Source: a bacterium (GTDB taxonomy: Bacteria; Bacteroidota; Bacteroidia; Chitinophagales; Chitinophagaceae). Taken from it: DNA of 56,827 nt. Where the stretch lies: positions 1 to 56,827 of the forward strand of contig DAHXOZ010000002.1 of assembly GCA_027364635.1 (NCBI GenBank), read 5' to 3'. Numbering within the stretch: the first letter of the stretch is position 1; each line of letters begins with the position of its first letter. This document shows, in pieces, positions 38,160 through 48,398 of this stretch. The notes under the pieces are model-generated. The model worked only from the letters and a program-made list of their open reading frames with translations, ran no database searches and was not told the origin of the DNA. Made by a program: the position numbers and the translations under genes.

Positions 38160-38441
38160 ATGTTTAAAATAGTCGCTTCAACTAAATTTTTAAAAGACCT
38201 GAGATTACTTAAAAAACGATCTGTTGAAGATTTGCAAGTATTACACAAAGTAATTTCCATACTGGCAGAAAATGGCCATGGAGGCCTTGATAAGAAATAT
38301 AAGTCTCATAAACTTTCAGGGAATTATAAGGGATATTGGGAATGCCATGTTAAACCAGATTTATTACTTATTTGGTAAGAGAACAAAAAAATAAATCTAT
38401 TAAAATTGATTCGAACCGGCACACACGCTGATTTATTTTAA
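38160..38441 (+). pseudogene. yafQ: YafQ-family mRNA interferase toxin interrupted by an in-frame TAA at 38376-38378
   Basis: FLKDL, HKLSGNYKGYWECHVKPDLLLIW, then stop; the same frame continues ENKKINLLKLIRTGTHADLF and stops at 38441. Confidence 0.85.
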
Positions 38442-38612
38442 CTTGTTAGACTTCACTAATACCTTGATTTCTTTCAAAACATTCTCCATTTTGGAAAGAA
38501 TGATAACAGCAAACAAAGATTTAATCAAGATTCTTATTTTCTTAAGAAGACATTATCAATATTAGTTTCCCCCATCTTTCGTAGCTAATTTTATTATTTA
38601 TACATTTGCTTA

Positions 38613-39293
38613 ATGAAAAATGTTGACAACATGGAATACAATACAACCCGTAACCATCTTACGATTAGAGAATACGGTCGCCATATTCAAAAAATGGCAG
38701 AGTATGTGTTGACGATCGAAGATCGTGAGAAGCGCCAAAAAAATGCAGAAGCGCTGGTTGAATTAATGGGCTTTTTGAACCCACAACTTAAAAATGTAGA
38801 GGATTTCCGCCATAAATTGTGGGACCATCTTTTTTTAATAACGGATTTCAAACTTGATGTAGACAGTCCTTACCCTATTCCTACCCAGGAAACGCTAAGG
38901 CCAAAGCCCGATCCGCTTCCTTATCCAAAAAGATATCCCAAATACAACCACCTCGGTAAAAATATTGAGATCATAATTGATAAAGCTTTGAAGGAAGAAG
39001 ATGCTGAAAAACGCCAGGGATTTGCCAACTCCATTGCGTATTACATGAAACTTACGTACAGCAACTGGCATAAAGAACTGGTCCATGATGATAATATTCA
39101 AACCGAACTTTCAGCTATTACTAAAGGCGAACTTGAATTTAATAATCGTCCGTTTATAAAACACCGTGTAGAAAATAACCGTGAAGAATTTGGTGGTGGC
39201 AGGCGTAAAAATTTTGGCCCGAGAAACAACCGAAACCAGGGCCGCGAAAACAGGAATAACAGTAACAGGAAATATGGCAAGAAAAGATATTAG
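38613..39293 (+). CDS. DUF4290 family protein
   Basis: MEYNTTR, EYGRHIQKM, KLWDHL, DVDSPYP; low-complexity basic tail; lies upstream of murA. Alternative start at 38631. Confidence 0.8.
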   Translation: MKNVDNMEYNTTRNHLTIREYGRHIQKMAEYVLTIEDREKRQKNAEALVELMGFLNPQLKNVEDFRHKLWDHLFLITDFKLDVDSPYPIPTQETLRPKPDPLPYPKRYPKYNHLGKNIEIIIDKALKEEDAEKRQGFANSIAYYMKLTYSNWHKELVHDDNIQTELSAITKGELEFNNRPFIKHRVENNREEFGGGRRKNFGPRNNRNQGRENRNNSNRKYGKKRY

Positions 39294-39378
39294 GATTTCA
39301 GGTTTTTGAGGAAGGCCAAAAAAAATTCAGCAAATGGGATATGAATAAAAGATTAAAAAAATAATTAAACAGGTTTGC

Positions 39379-39419
39379 AACCCTGGCACAATCAAAAAAC
39401 TGCCGGGGTTTTATTTTTT
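39379..39419 (+). terminator. Probable intrinsic terminator between DUF4290 and murA
   Basis: AACCCTGGCA...TGCCGGGGTT followed by TTATTTTTT. Confidence 0.6.
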
Positions 39420-39440
39420 AATTTACACATAGCATTTTCG

Positions 39441-40748
39441 ATGGGTTCATTTGAAGTAACAGGAGGCAAAAAGTTAAAGGGAGAAATAACCCCACAGGGC
39501 GCTAAAAATGAAGCGTTGCAGGTAATTTCTGCAGTTTTGCTAACCGGCGAAAAAGTAGTGATCCACAATATTCCGGATATAACTGATGTAAATCTTCAGA
39601 TCGAGTTATTACAGGAACTGGGTGTAACTGTTGAAAAAATTGATTCTTATACCTGGTCGTTTAAAGCAGATAACGTAGATGCGAATTATTTATCTTCTTC
39701 CTCATTTCAAAAAAAGACCGGTCGTTTACGCGGAAGCGTGATGCTCGCAGGCCCAATGCTTGCACGTTTTAAAACCGCTTATATTCCTAAACCAGGTGGC
39801 GACAAAATAGGCCGCAGAAGGCTGGATACCCACATTATCGGTTTTAAAAAATTAGGAGCGGAGTTTGACTATTTTACTGAAGAATCCTTTTTCCATTTAC
39901 ACACTTCCCAATTAAAAGGTACCTATCTTTTGTTGGAAGAACCAAGTGTTACGGGAACGGCCAATTTAGTAATGGCCGCAGTTTTAGCGGAAGGAATTAC
40001 CACTATTTACAATGCAGCCTGTGAGCCCTATATCCAGCAACTTTGTAACATGCTGAACCAAATGGGGGCAAAAATTTCAGGCATTGGAAGCAACATGATC
40101 ACTATTAAAGGGGTTGATGAATTGCACGGAACAATTCATACGATTCTTCCCGACATGATTGAAGTTGGTTCTTTTATTGGACTTGCCGCGATGACGCAAA
40201 GTGATATTGTTATAAAAAATGCAGGCATTGCACATCTTGGAGTTATACCTGAAAGATTTCAGCAATTAGGAATTAAATTAAATTTTTCAGGAGATGACAT
40301 TCATATTCCTGAACAGGAACTTTACGAAATTGAAACATTTTTGGATAGCTCAATGCTAACTATCTACGATCATCCATGGCCCGGGCTTACGCCTGACCTG
40401 TTAAGTATTATTTTGGTGGTAGCTACACAGGCAAAAGGAAGTGTTTTGGTTCATCAAAAAATGTTTGAAAGCAGGTTGTTCTTTGTAGATAAAGTGATAG
40501 AAATGGGAGCCCACATTGTTTTATGCGATCCTCACAGAGCAGTAGTGGTAGGGCTTGCGAGGAAATTCCCGCTTCGTGGGATAACGATGGCAAGTCCGGA
40601 TATCAGGGCAGGCGTTGCTTTATTAATTGCCGCATTAAGCGCTGAAGGTAAAAGTACCATTCAAAATATTGAACAAATTGACAGAGGCTATCAAAATATA
40701 GATGAAAGATTAAGAGCGCTGGGAGCAGAGATAAAGAGAATGAGCTAA
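39441..40748 (+). CDS. murA: UDP-N-acetylglucosamine 1-carboxyvinyltransferase
   Basis: GAKN, LRGSV, PGGDKIGRR, SVTGT, NAACEP, PDIRAG, IDRGY; start MGSFEV at 39441. Confidence 0.96.
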   Translation: MGSFEVTGGKKLKGEITPQGAKNEALQVISAVLLTGEKVVIHNIPDITDVNLQIELLQELGVTVEKIDSYTWSFKADNVDANYLSSSSFQKKTGRLRGSVMLAGPMLARFKTAYIPKPGGDKIGRRRLDTHIIGFKKLGAEFDYFTEESFFHLHTSQLKGTYLLLEEPSVTGTANLVMAAVLAEGITTIYNAACEPYIQQLCNMLNQMGAKISGIGSNMITIKGVDELHGTIHTILPDMIEVGSFIGLAAMTQSDIVIKNAGIAHLGVIPERFQQLGIKLNFSGDDIHIPEQELYEIETFLDSSMLTIYDHPWPGLTPDLLSIILVVATQAKGSVLVHQKMFESRLFFVDKVIEMGAHIVLCDPHRAVVVGLARKFPLRGITMASPDIRAGVALLIAALSAEGKSTIQNIEQIDRGYQNIDERLRALGAEIKRMS

Positions 40749-40757
40749 TAAAAAATA

Positions 40758-41333
40758 ATGGAAAAAAAATATAAAAAGATCATTTTAATAACTGCCCCTT
40801 CCGGATCAGGGAAAACTTCTATTGTGAATCATTTAATTAAGAAATTTCCTCAACTGGCTTTTTCTGTTTCTGCTACTACAAGAGAACCAAGAAAAAATGA
40901 GATTAACGGACATCACTACTATTTTATCAATGAAAATGAGTTTCGTGAAAAAATCCATAACAAAGAATTTCTTGAATGGGAAATGGTGTATGAGGGCAAA
41001 TATTACGGTACCCTAAAATCTGATATTGAACGCATCTGGAAAGAAAATAAAGTGCCGGTTCTGGATATTGACGTACAGGGCGCTATTCATGTGCAACAAC
41101 AATATCCGGTAAATACAATTGCCATTTTTATACAGGCACCTTCTGCTGAAGAATTAAAAAGAAGATTAAAACTTCGAGGCTCTGAAACTGATGAATCGTT
41201 ACAGGCGCGCCTGGATAAATCGAGCTATGAAATGACTTTTAAAAAGCATTTTGAAAATATCATCACTAACGAAAATTTTCAAACTGCCTGTAAGGAAGCA
41301 GATAAGATTGTGGGAGATTTTCTAAATAATTAA
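40758..41333 (+). CDS. gmk: Guanylate kinase
   Basis: APSGSGKT, SVSATTR, YYGT, LDIDVQG. Confidence 0.96.
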   Translation: MEKKYKKIILITAPSGSGKTSIVNHLIKKFPQLAFSVSATTREPRKNEINGHHYYFINENEFREKIHNKEFLEWEMVYEGKYYGTLKSDIERIWKENKVPVLDIDVQGAIHVQQQYPVNTIAIFIQAPSAEELKRRLKLRGSETDESLQARLDKSSYEMTFKKHFENIITNENFQTACKEADKIVGDFLNN

Positions 41334-41369
41334 AGTTTTCCTGCTTTTGTATTTATAAATTTGTAAGAT

Positions 41370-42635
41370 ATGAACTGGTTATCTATTGTTCCAATAATGA
41401 TTGCCTTGCTTCTTATCGGTTTTTTTTCCGGGTTGGAAGTGGTATTTAATTCGGCCAATAAATTATCCATTGAATTAAGAAAAAAACAGGGAGATTATAG
41501 CGGTAAAACATGGTCGTTGTTTTTAGAATCACCTGCCCGTTTTATTGTAACGTCTCTTTTAATCACCAATATTTTACTCGTTGTTTATGGATTGCTGGCA
41601 AGTAGTGAATTGGCAGAAGTTTGGAAATATTGGTCGATCGAAAATCAATTTATCATCCTTGGGGCCGAAACTGTTGTAGCGACTATCATTCTGATATTTT
41701 TTGAATCAATCTTCAAATCTATCTTACGGGCCAGCGGCAATTCCGTTACTTCAAGTACTTTTTTAAGCTTCTGTATCAAAAGTTTCTATTCACTTTTTTC
41801 TGGGGTTGCGCGTTTTTTTGTAAATATTACCGAATGGCTTTTAAAATATCTTTTCAATGTAAAAATCCAAAGCAAAACGCAATCTTTTACCAAAATGGAT
41901 CTCGATCATTATGTACAGCAACTGAACATGACAGATAGTGATGAGAACCTTGAGATGAATAATGAAATATTCAAAAATGTTTTATCGCTTTCAGAAACAA
42001 GAATACGTGAATGTTTGATTCCTAGGAAAGAAGTAGTTGCGGTGGATATAAATTTAACGCTTGAAGAAATAAAAGAGCGCTTTATTGAAACCAAACTTAG
42101 CAAGTTGGTGGTTTACGAAAATAATGTTGACAATGTTCAGGGTTACGTACATCAGCTCGATTTGTTTAAAAATCCGGAAACGCTGCGTTCTATCTTACTG
42201 CCTATTCCGGTAATTCCTGAAAGTATGAATGCATCAGATCTGATCAAGAAGTTTACCAAAGAAAGAAAAAGTATTGCCTGGGTTATTGATGAATTTGGCG
42301 GCACCGCAGGTATTGTAACCATGGAAGATCTGTTGGAAGAAATTTTCGGAGATATTTATGATGAATATGATGTGCAGGAAGAATTTGTTGATAAACAAAT
42401 CGCTTCCAACGAATTTCTTTTAAGTGGCCGGCTTGAATTGGATTACCTGGCTGAAAAGTATAAGCTTAATTTCCGAAAAAATGAAGAATCAGAAACACTT
42501 TCAGGCTATATCATCAACCTCCATGAATCGATTCCGCGCGAAAGAGACCGAATCATTATTGATGATTATCAATTTGATATTTTGAAGGTAAGCCAGACAA
42601 GAATTGAAACCGTAAAACTCAAACTGCTGCGATAA
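41370..42635 (+). CDS. Hemolysin-family CNNM/CBS/CorC-domain membrane protein
   Basis: FFSGLE, TM helices, VIDEFGGTAGIVTMEDLLEEIFGDIYDEYD, ETLSG. Confidence 0.88.
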   Translation: MNWLSIVPIMIALLLIGFFSGLEVVFNSANKLSIELRKKQGDYSGKTWSLFLESPARFIVTSLLITNILLVVYGLLASSELAEVWKYWSIENQFIILGAETVVATIILIFFESIFKSILRASGNSVTSSTFLSFCIKSFYSLFSGVARFFVNITEWLLKYLFNVKIQSKTQSFTKMDLDHYVQQLNMTDSDENLEMNNEIFKNVLSLSETRIRECLIPRKEVVAVDINLTLEEIKERFIETKLSKLVVYENNVDNVQGYVHQLDLFKNPETLRSILLPIPVIPESMNASDLIKKFTKERKSIAWVIDEFGGTAGIVTMEDLLEEIFGDIYDEYDVQEEFVDKQIASNEFLLSGRLELDYLAEKYKLNFRKNEESETLSGYIINLHESIPRERDRIIIDDYQFDILKVSQTRIETVKLKLLR

Positions 42636-42674
42636 TTAAGAATTGATTGGAGAAAATCTAAATAGTATACCCGA

Positions 42675-43769
42675 ATGCGAATCGCAGTAAATGCCGCCTC
42701 TTTAAAAAACAACCGTTTTCAAATATTTTTAGAATTGGCGGCGCTCCATCCGCAACATACCTTCCTGCTTTTTTTTGATAACGAAACCAAGTTAAACGAT
42801 CTTCCGGAAAATATAATTCCTGTTGTAATAAACCCGCCGGCAACCAATTTATTAAAACGTCGCATTTGGTACCATCTTAAATTACCTGCAGCCTTAAAAA
42901 AAAATAAGGCCGATATTTTTATTTCTGAAAGATTCATTTCATTAAAAACCAAGGTGCCTCAAATATTGATGCAACCTGATCTTACTTATATTCATCAACC
43001 GGCATTTATTGAAAAAAAAGAAATTGGGTTTTTCAAAAAAAATAACAAAAAGTTTATTGAAACAGCGAATGAAATTATCGTCAACTCCTCTTTTTTAAAA
43101 AACGAAATCGTTACCCGGTTTAAAACCGACGATAAAAAAATAACAGTTATTTACCCTTCAATAAAAGAAGATTTTCACGCTGCGACTTATGAAGAAAGAG
43201 AAATAGCGAAAGAAACGTATGCCGAAGGAAATGAATATTTTATTTATAAAGGAATTATAAGTCCTCAACAAAATCTTACCAACTTACTGAAAGCATTTTC
43301 TTTTTTTAAGAAACGGCAAAGAAGCAAAATGCAGTTGATCATTACAGGAGAACGCGGAGAAAAATATGAAGAATTTGTTGGTTTACTACAATCGTACCGT
43401 TTTAAAAATGATGTAAAAGTTTTAGAAGATATTAGTGAAAATGAAACAGCCAAAATTTTATCTTCTGCTTATGCGATGGTTTTTGTACCATCTTATGAAA
43501 CCGAGGCAAGTGAAGTAATTGAGGCCATGAAGTGTGAAGTTCCGCTGATCGTTTCTTCTATACCGCTTTTAAAAGAATATTGCGGTGAGGCAGCCTTATA
43601 TGCCGAGTCGGAAAAGATAAATGACATTGCAGACAAAATGATGTTGATTTTTAAAGATGAACAAATGAGAAAAGAATTGATTGAGAAAGGAAGATTGCAG
43701 CAAACTGTATTTGAAAACAAAAATGCAACTGAAGAGATATTTGAAATGATTAAAAAGGGAACAGTTTAG
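42675..43769 (+). CDS. Glycosyltransferase family 4
   Basis: MRIAVN, NLTNLLKAF, PSYETEASEVIEAM (EX7E), EYCGEAA. Confidence 0.8.
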   Translation: MRIAVNAASLKNNRFQIFLELAALHPQHTFLLFFDNETKLNDLPENIIPVVINPPATNLLKRRIWYHLKLPAALKKNKADIFISERFISLKTKVPQILMQPDLTYIHQPAFIEKKEIGFFKKNNKKFIETANEIIVNSSFLKNEIVTRFKTDDKKITVIYPSIKEDFHAATYEEREIAKETYAEGNEYFIYKGIISPQQNLTNLLKAFSFFKKRQRSKMQLIITGERGEKYEEFVGLLQSYRFKNDVKVLEDISENETAKILSSAYAMVFVPSYETEASEVIEAMKCEVPLIVSSIPLLKEYCGEAALYAESEKINDIADKMMLIFKDEQMRKELIEKGRLQQTVFENKNATEEIFEMIKKGTV

Positions 43770-43904
43770 TGCCTTTGAAATTGAAGTCTCTTTCGTTTGA
43801 TCAACGATGAAACATCAGAATTTTTTCAATTACTTTGTGAATTATAATTCATTGCCCTTATAAACAGACTAACGTATTCAATTTGCCAACCCATTAGACT
43901 ATAA

Positions 43905-45197
43905 ATGATGAGCGAACAAAAAAAAGCGAACTCTTCCGTTCGCATACTTATTGCCAGCCTTGCCGGCACCACCATTGAATTTTTTGATTTTTATATTTAT
44001 GCTACTGCTGCCGTGCTGGTATTTCCGCAAATGTTTTTCCCAACGTCTGATCCCACAACAGGTACGCTGGAATCTTTGGCCACTTTTGCACTGGCCTTTT
44101 TTGCCCGCCCGGTTGGTTCAGCTTTGTTCGGCCATTTTGGCGACAGGATCGGGCGCAAAGCCACGCTGGTAGCTTCGCTTATTACAATGGGGATTTGCAC
44201 GGTAGCCATTGGTTTGCTTCCGGGTTATGCCACTATTGGTGTTGCCGCGCCATTGTTACTTTGTCTTTTCCGGTTCGGGCAGGGCGTGGGGCTTGGCGGC
44301 GAATGGGGAGGCGCTGTATTATTGGCTACTGAAAATGCACCAGAAGGCAAAAAAGCATGGTATGGGATGTTTCCCCAACTGGGAGCGCCGCTTGGTTTTA
44401 TACTTTCAGCAGGTGTGTTCCTGATTATAGGGAATGTTTTTACCAAACAGCAATTTTTTACCGCCGGGTGGAGAGTGCCTTTTATCGCAAGCGCGCTGTT
44501 GGTCGGCTTAGGTTTATATGTCAGATTGAAAATTGTAGAAACGCCGGATTTCGTAAAAGTGTTAGAGAACAACGAGCGTGCTAAATTTCCACTCAAAGAC
44601 GTTTTTACCAAATACGGAAAAGCACTCATTCTTGGAACGCTTATTACCATTTTAGTTTTTTTGTTTTTTTACCTTCTCACTGTGTTCACCTTAAGTTGGG
44701 GAACAACAGTTCTTGCTTATTCGCGTTCGGGATTTTTATTGGCTCAAATGCTTTCGATGCTATTTTTTGCCGGAGGCATTATATTGTCGGCTGCGCTTGC
44801 CGGGCGTTATAGTCCCATGAATATGCTATTGATTTCTTCGGTCATTATCTTCATTTTTGGATTGTTTATCGCGCAGCTGTTTATTGCAGGGCATTGGCCA
44901 CTGCTGGTTACTTTTCTTTCCGGAGGTATGTTTTTGATTGGGTTAAATTATGGACCGCTTGGAACTGCGCTTGCAGCTATTTTTCCCGCGCCGGTGCGTT
45001 ATACGGGAGCGTCGCTTGCCTTTACTCTGGCGGGCATACTTGGTGGTTCGCTTACACCATATTTTGCCACCAGTATTGCCAAAAATTATGGTTTACAATA
45101 TGTTGGTTTTTACCTGTGCGCTGCCGCATTACTTAGCTGTATTTCAGTGATTTTAGCGAAGTCATTTATGAAAAGAAAAACAGGTATTGCCGGATAA
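43905..45197 (+). CDS. MFS transporter, metabolite:H+ symporter family
   Basis: GTTIEFFDF, FARPVG, GDRIGRK, GLGGEWGGA, GWRVPF, ETP, RYTG. Confidence 0.92.
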   Translation: MMSEQKKANSSVRILIASLAGTTIEFFDFYIYATAAVLVFPQMFFPTSDPTTGTLESLATFALAFFARPVGSALFGHFGDRIGRKATLVASLITMGICTVAIGLLPGYATIGVAAPLLLCLFRFGQGVGLGGEWGGAVLLATENAPEGKKAWYGMFPQLGAPLGFILSAGVFLIIGNVFTKQQFFTAGWRVPFIASALLVGLGLYVRLKIVETPDFVKVLENNERAKFPLKDVFTKYGKALILGTLITILVFLFFYLLTVFTLSWGTTVLAYSRSGFLLAQMLSMLFFAGGIILSAALAGRYSPMNMLLISSVIIFIFGLFIAQLFIAGHWPLLVTFLSGGMFLIGLNYGPLGTALAAIFPAPVRYTGASLAFTLAGILGGSLTPYFATSIAKNYGLQYVGFYLCAAALLSCISVILAKSFMKRKTGIAG

Positions 45198-45233
45198 TTT
45201 TCCCAACAAACGTTTTTTACCCGCTCTGTATTT

Positions 45234-46763
45234 CTAAAATTTAGCGCCTTCGCCTTTTTTAGGAATTGACGAAAGAATAAATTGCCTTAATTGTTCGTTT
45301 GCTGTTGCGCGGTCTTCTTTGCGCATGTACACCATATGCCCTGTGCGTAAGCCTTTCCACGTAATACGATCTTTTAACTTGCCACTTGGATCCATTTGCC
45401 ATAAACTGTATTGAGCATTAAAAAAATCACACGCCCCATCATAATAACCTGATTGAACCATCAAATGCAAAAACGGATTTTGCGCCATGGCCTGCCTAAG
45501 GTTTTCGCCGGTATTGTTATTCTTTTCATCCCATGGCCAAACAGACCCAAACATATTATACTTCAGGTCCGTCTTGTAATGAAGTTCATTTCGAAGATAA
45601 ATGTTCATTGCCGGCGTAAAAGCGTGTAACCATGCCGTTAGTTCCGCATTATAATCAGGAGAATTTCCTGCGTCTTCTTTATCAATTCCCCGATATCTTG
45701 AATCTAATCTTCCAATGGTATATCCTTTATCCCGCAACAATTCTTTCCAGAAAAAATTAGCCGGAATGATGAGATTATGTTGCAAGATTACTTTTTGCGA
45801 CAAGCCTGAATAACGGGACATTTTTGCGGCGATATCTTCCTTTTCAGCCTCGGTTAAAGTACTTCCTTTTGCCAAAGCAGGTATTAAATCATTAATGGTA
45901 AAATTTTCAACTTCAGGCAGCATAGCGGTAAGATCTTTACTTTGCAGATCGGCAGGTAAAGCCTTGTGATACCAGGCTGTAGCAGCAAAGTAAGGAAGCA
46001 TTAAAGCTTCGCCTACAGGGCCATCTCGTTTAATTCCCAAATCAGTGGGCGAGACAAGAATGACGCCATCCAGGTACATCCAATCCTGGTTTTCCAATGC
46101 CAATGCAAGACCTGAAACCCTGGTAGTTCCATAGCTTTCCCCGATCAAAAATTTGGGAGAAGCCCATCGGTTATTTCGGGTTACAAAAGTATTGATCCAC
46201 TCTGCGAGATATTTGATGTCTTCATTCACGCCAAAAAATTTTGAGTCAGGGACCTCTTCATTTATTTTCCTGGAATACCCTGTATTTACCGGATCAACAT
46301 AAACAATATCGGCCACATCCAAAATTGAATTCGGATTATCACGCAAACCATACGGTTCAACAGGATAACCTTCATCGTCAACATCTAAAATGCGGGGACC
46401 GGTATAACCGATTTCCATCCACACAGAAGGAGTGCCCGGCCCACCGTTAAAAGAAATTACCAGCGGTCTTGACGCACGATCTTTTACATCGCTCCTTTCA
46501 TAATAAGTATAAAAAACAGACGCTATGGGTTTTCCGTTTTCGTCCCAAACAGGTAATGTGCCTGACTTCGCAGTATAGGGAACCGTTTGACCTTTTATAG
46601 TAATTGTGTTTTTAATGGTAACTGAAGAATCGACAATAACCATAGGATTAACTTCAGCATTTGGGTTATCTTTTGCATCTTTTTTTTGCGCAATAAGAGT
46701 ACCATTGAAAGCAAGTAAAAATAATGCAACAGGAAGTAGTGTTTTCATAAACTTCTTTTTCAT
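45234..46763 (-). CDS. Secreted serine carboxypeptidase (S10 family)
   Basis: Signal peptide; FNGGPG, DPVNTGYS, GESYG, GYYD, GHMVY. Confidence 0.92.
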   Translation of the reverse strand: MKKKFMKTLLPVALFLLAFNGTLIAQKKDAKDNPNAEVNPMVIVDSSVTIKNTITIKGQTVPYTAKSGTLPVWDENGKPIASVFYTYYERSDVKDRASRPLVISFNGGPGTPSVWMEIGYTGPRILDVDDEGYPVEPYGLRDNPNSILDVADIVYVDPVNTGYSRKINEEVPDSKFFGVNEDIKYLAEWINTFVTRNNRWASPKFLIGESYGTTRVSGLALALENQDWMYLDGVILVSPTDLGIKRDGPVGEALMLPYFAATAWYHKALPADLQSKDLTAMLPEVENFTINDLIPALAKGSTLTEAEKEDIAAKMSRYSGLSQKVILQHNLIIPANFFWKELLRDKGYTIGRLDSRYRGIDKEDAGNSPDYNAELTAWLHAFTPAMNIYLRNELHYKTDLKYNMFGSVWPWDEKNNNTGENLRQAMAQNPFLHLMVQSGYYDGACDFFNAQYSLWQMDPSGKLKDRITWKGLRTGHMVYMRKEDRATANEQLRQFILSSIPKKGEGAKF

Positions 46764-46870
46764 TTTATATTTTAAGTGTGAACATATTTTTTATTGAAAG
46801 ATAGTTGCTGCAGATCAAGAAGAATTTAGGTTAGCATATTGAACAGTAAACCAACAAATAAAGGATATTT

Positions 46871-48388
46871 TCATTTTTTCATATCAGCAATTGATAAAAT
46901 TTCTTCAATCATTTTTCTTCCATTGTTTAGTCTTGGCACTTTGTGTTGACCTCCCAATTTCCCTTTACTTTTTAGCCACTTATTAAAGGTATCTTTTTGC
47001 AAGGAATGTACAAACGGCAAACGTAACGCTATGTTTTTATAACGTTTGGCTTCATAATCACTGTTAAGCGATTTTAATGCTTCATCCAATTCAAAAGTGA
47101 AAAGTTTAAGATCGTCCGGAGGCGTTTCAAACTCAATCAGCCATTGATGAGCACCATTATTTTCTTCGGTAAAGAAAACCGGTGCTGCTGTATAATCTTT
47201 AACAATGGCATTGGTTTTAGCAGAGGCAACTGCAATAGCTTTATCAGCATTATCAACAATTACTTCTTCTCCAAAGGCATTCATATAATGTTTTAATCTT
47301 CCGGTTACCTTTATCTTAAAAGGTTTCAGGGAAGTGAACTGAATCGTATCACCAACCAAATAACGCCAAAGGCCGCCGTTAGTCGTAATTACAAGCGCAT
47401 AATTTTTATCAAGTCCTACTTCTTTAAGCCCGATGGTTTTTGCGCCTGGTTTTCCATATTCCTCCACCGGAAGAAATTCATAAAAAATTCCGTGATCGAT
47501 ATAAAGTAAAAGACCTTCATCATCAGGCATATTTTGCGCTGCAAAAAATCCTTCACTGGCATTATACATTTCCAGATAATTGATAGGGGCTCCAATTAAT
47601 TTATTGATCTGCTCACGGTAAGGCGTAAACGAAACTCCACCATGCATATACAACTCAAGATTGGGCCAAACTTCCTTCAATGTTTTTTTCCCTGAAATCT
47701 GAAGAATTCGTTTAATCAATAGGATTGTCCAGGTGGGTACGCCGGCAAGCGAGGTAACGTTTTCATTTACCGTGTTTTTTGCCAGTTGCTCTATTTTACT
47801 TTCCCATTCATCCAGCAATGCAATTCTAAGTTCCGGTGTTCTAATCCAATGGCCCCAAAACGGTGTATTCTGCATCAACACGGCGCTCAGATCTCCATAT
47901 TGAATATCTTCATCAAGACTATGTACCTGGTGGCTTCCGCCTACTACTAAGCTTTTGCCCGTTAGTAAATCACTGTCAGGAAAATTTTTGTAATAATTCG
48001 TAAGCACATCTTTCGAGCCTTTGAAATGATTGTCTTTAAGGCTTTCATCACTTATCGGAATAAATTTGCTTTTATCAGAAGTAGTGCCGCTGCTTTTGGC
48101 AAACCAATTAATGGGCGTATTCCATAAAATATTTTGTTCGCCTTCCATCATTCGTTTGATGTATGGCTTCAGGTCGTCATATTCGTGAATGGGAATCCGG
48201 TTCTTAAAATCCTTTACAGTAAAAAGTCTTGAAAAATGGTACTTTCTGCCAAACTCAGTGTATTGTGCCTGTGTTACCAAATGTTGTAAAACATTCCGCT
48301 GCGCTAAAATCGGATAGCTGATCCAATTTTCCACGCCCCATAATCGCATCCTTGCTAAGTGTGATATGACAGGGCTCAGGAGCTTCAA
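46871..48388 (-). CDS. GH3-family acyl-adenylate/amido synthetase-like protein
   Basis: KSSGTT, YNASEG, GLWRYLVGD, GGQHKVPRL; TTG start. Confidence 0.9.
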   Translation of the reverse strand: MKLLSPVISHLARMRLWGVENWISYPILAQRNVLQHLVTQAQYTEFGRKYHFSRLFTVKDFKNRIPIHEYDDLKPYIKRMMEGEQNILWNTPINWFAKSSGTTSDKSKFIPISDESLKDNHFKGSKDVLTNYYKNFPDSDLLTGKSLVVGGSHQVHSLDEDIQYGDLSAVLMQNTPFWGHWIRTPELRIALLDEWESKIEQLAKNTVNENVTSLAGVPTWTILLIKRILQISGKKTLKEVWPNLELYMHGGVSFTPYREQINKLIGAPINYLEMYNASEGFFAAQNMPDDEGLLLYIDHGIFYEFLPVEEYGKPGAKTIGLKEVGLDKNYALVITTNGGLWRYLVGDTIQFTSLKPFKIKVTGRLKHYMNAFGEEVIVDNADKAIAVASAKTNAIVKDYTAAPVFFTEENNGAHQWLIEFETPPDDLKLFTFELDEALKSLNSDYEAKRYKNIALRLPFVHSLQKDTFNKWLKSKGKLGGQHKVPRLNNGRKMIEEILSIADMKK

Positions 48389-48398
48389 TTTTTATTGA

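Noticed and set aside
37168-38260. Minus-strand ORFs 37168-37602 and 37916-38260
   Set aside because: Shadow ORFs opposite gcvH/VanZ and the toxin-antitoxin genes, with no motifs.
46871-48388. GH3 gene as evidence of auxin metabolism or plant-derived transfer
   Set aside because: Bacterial GH3-like genes are common in Bacteroidota, and the substrate cannot be read from sequence.
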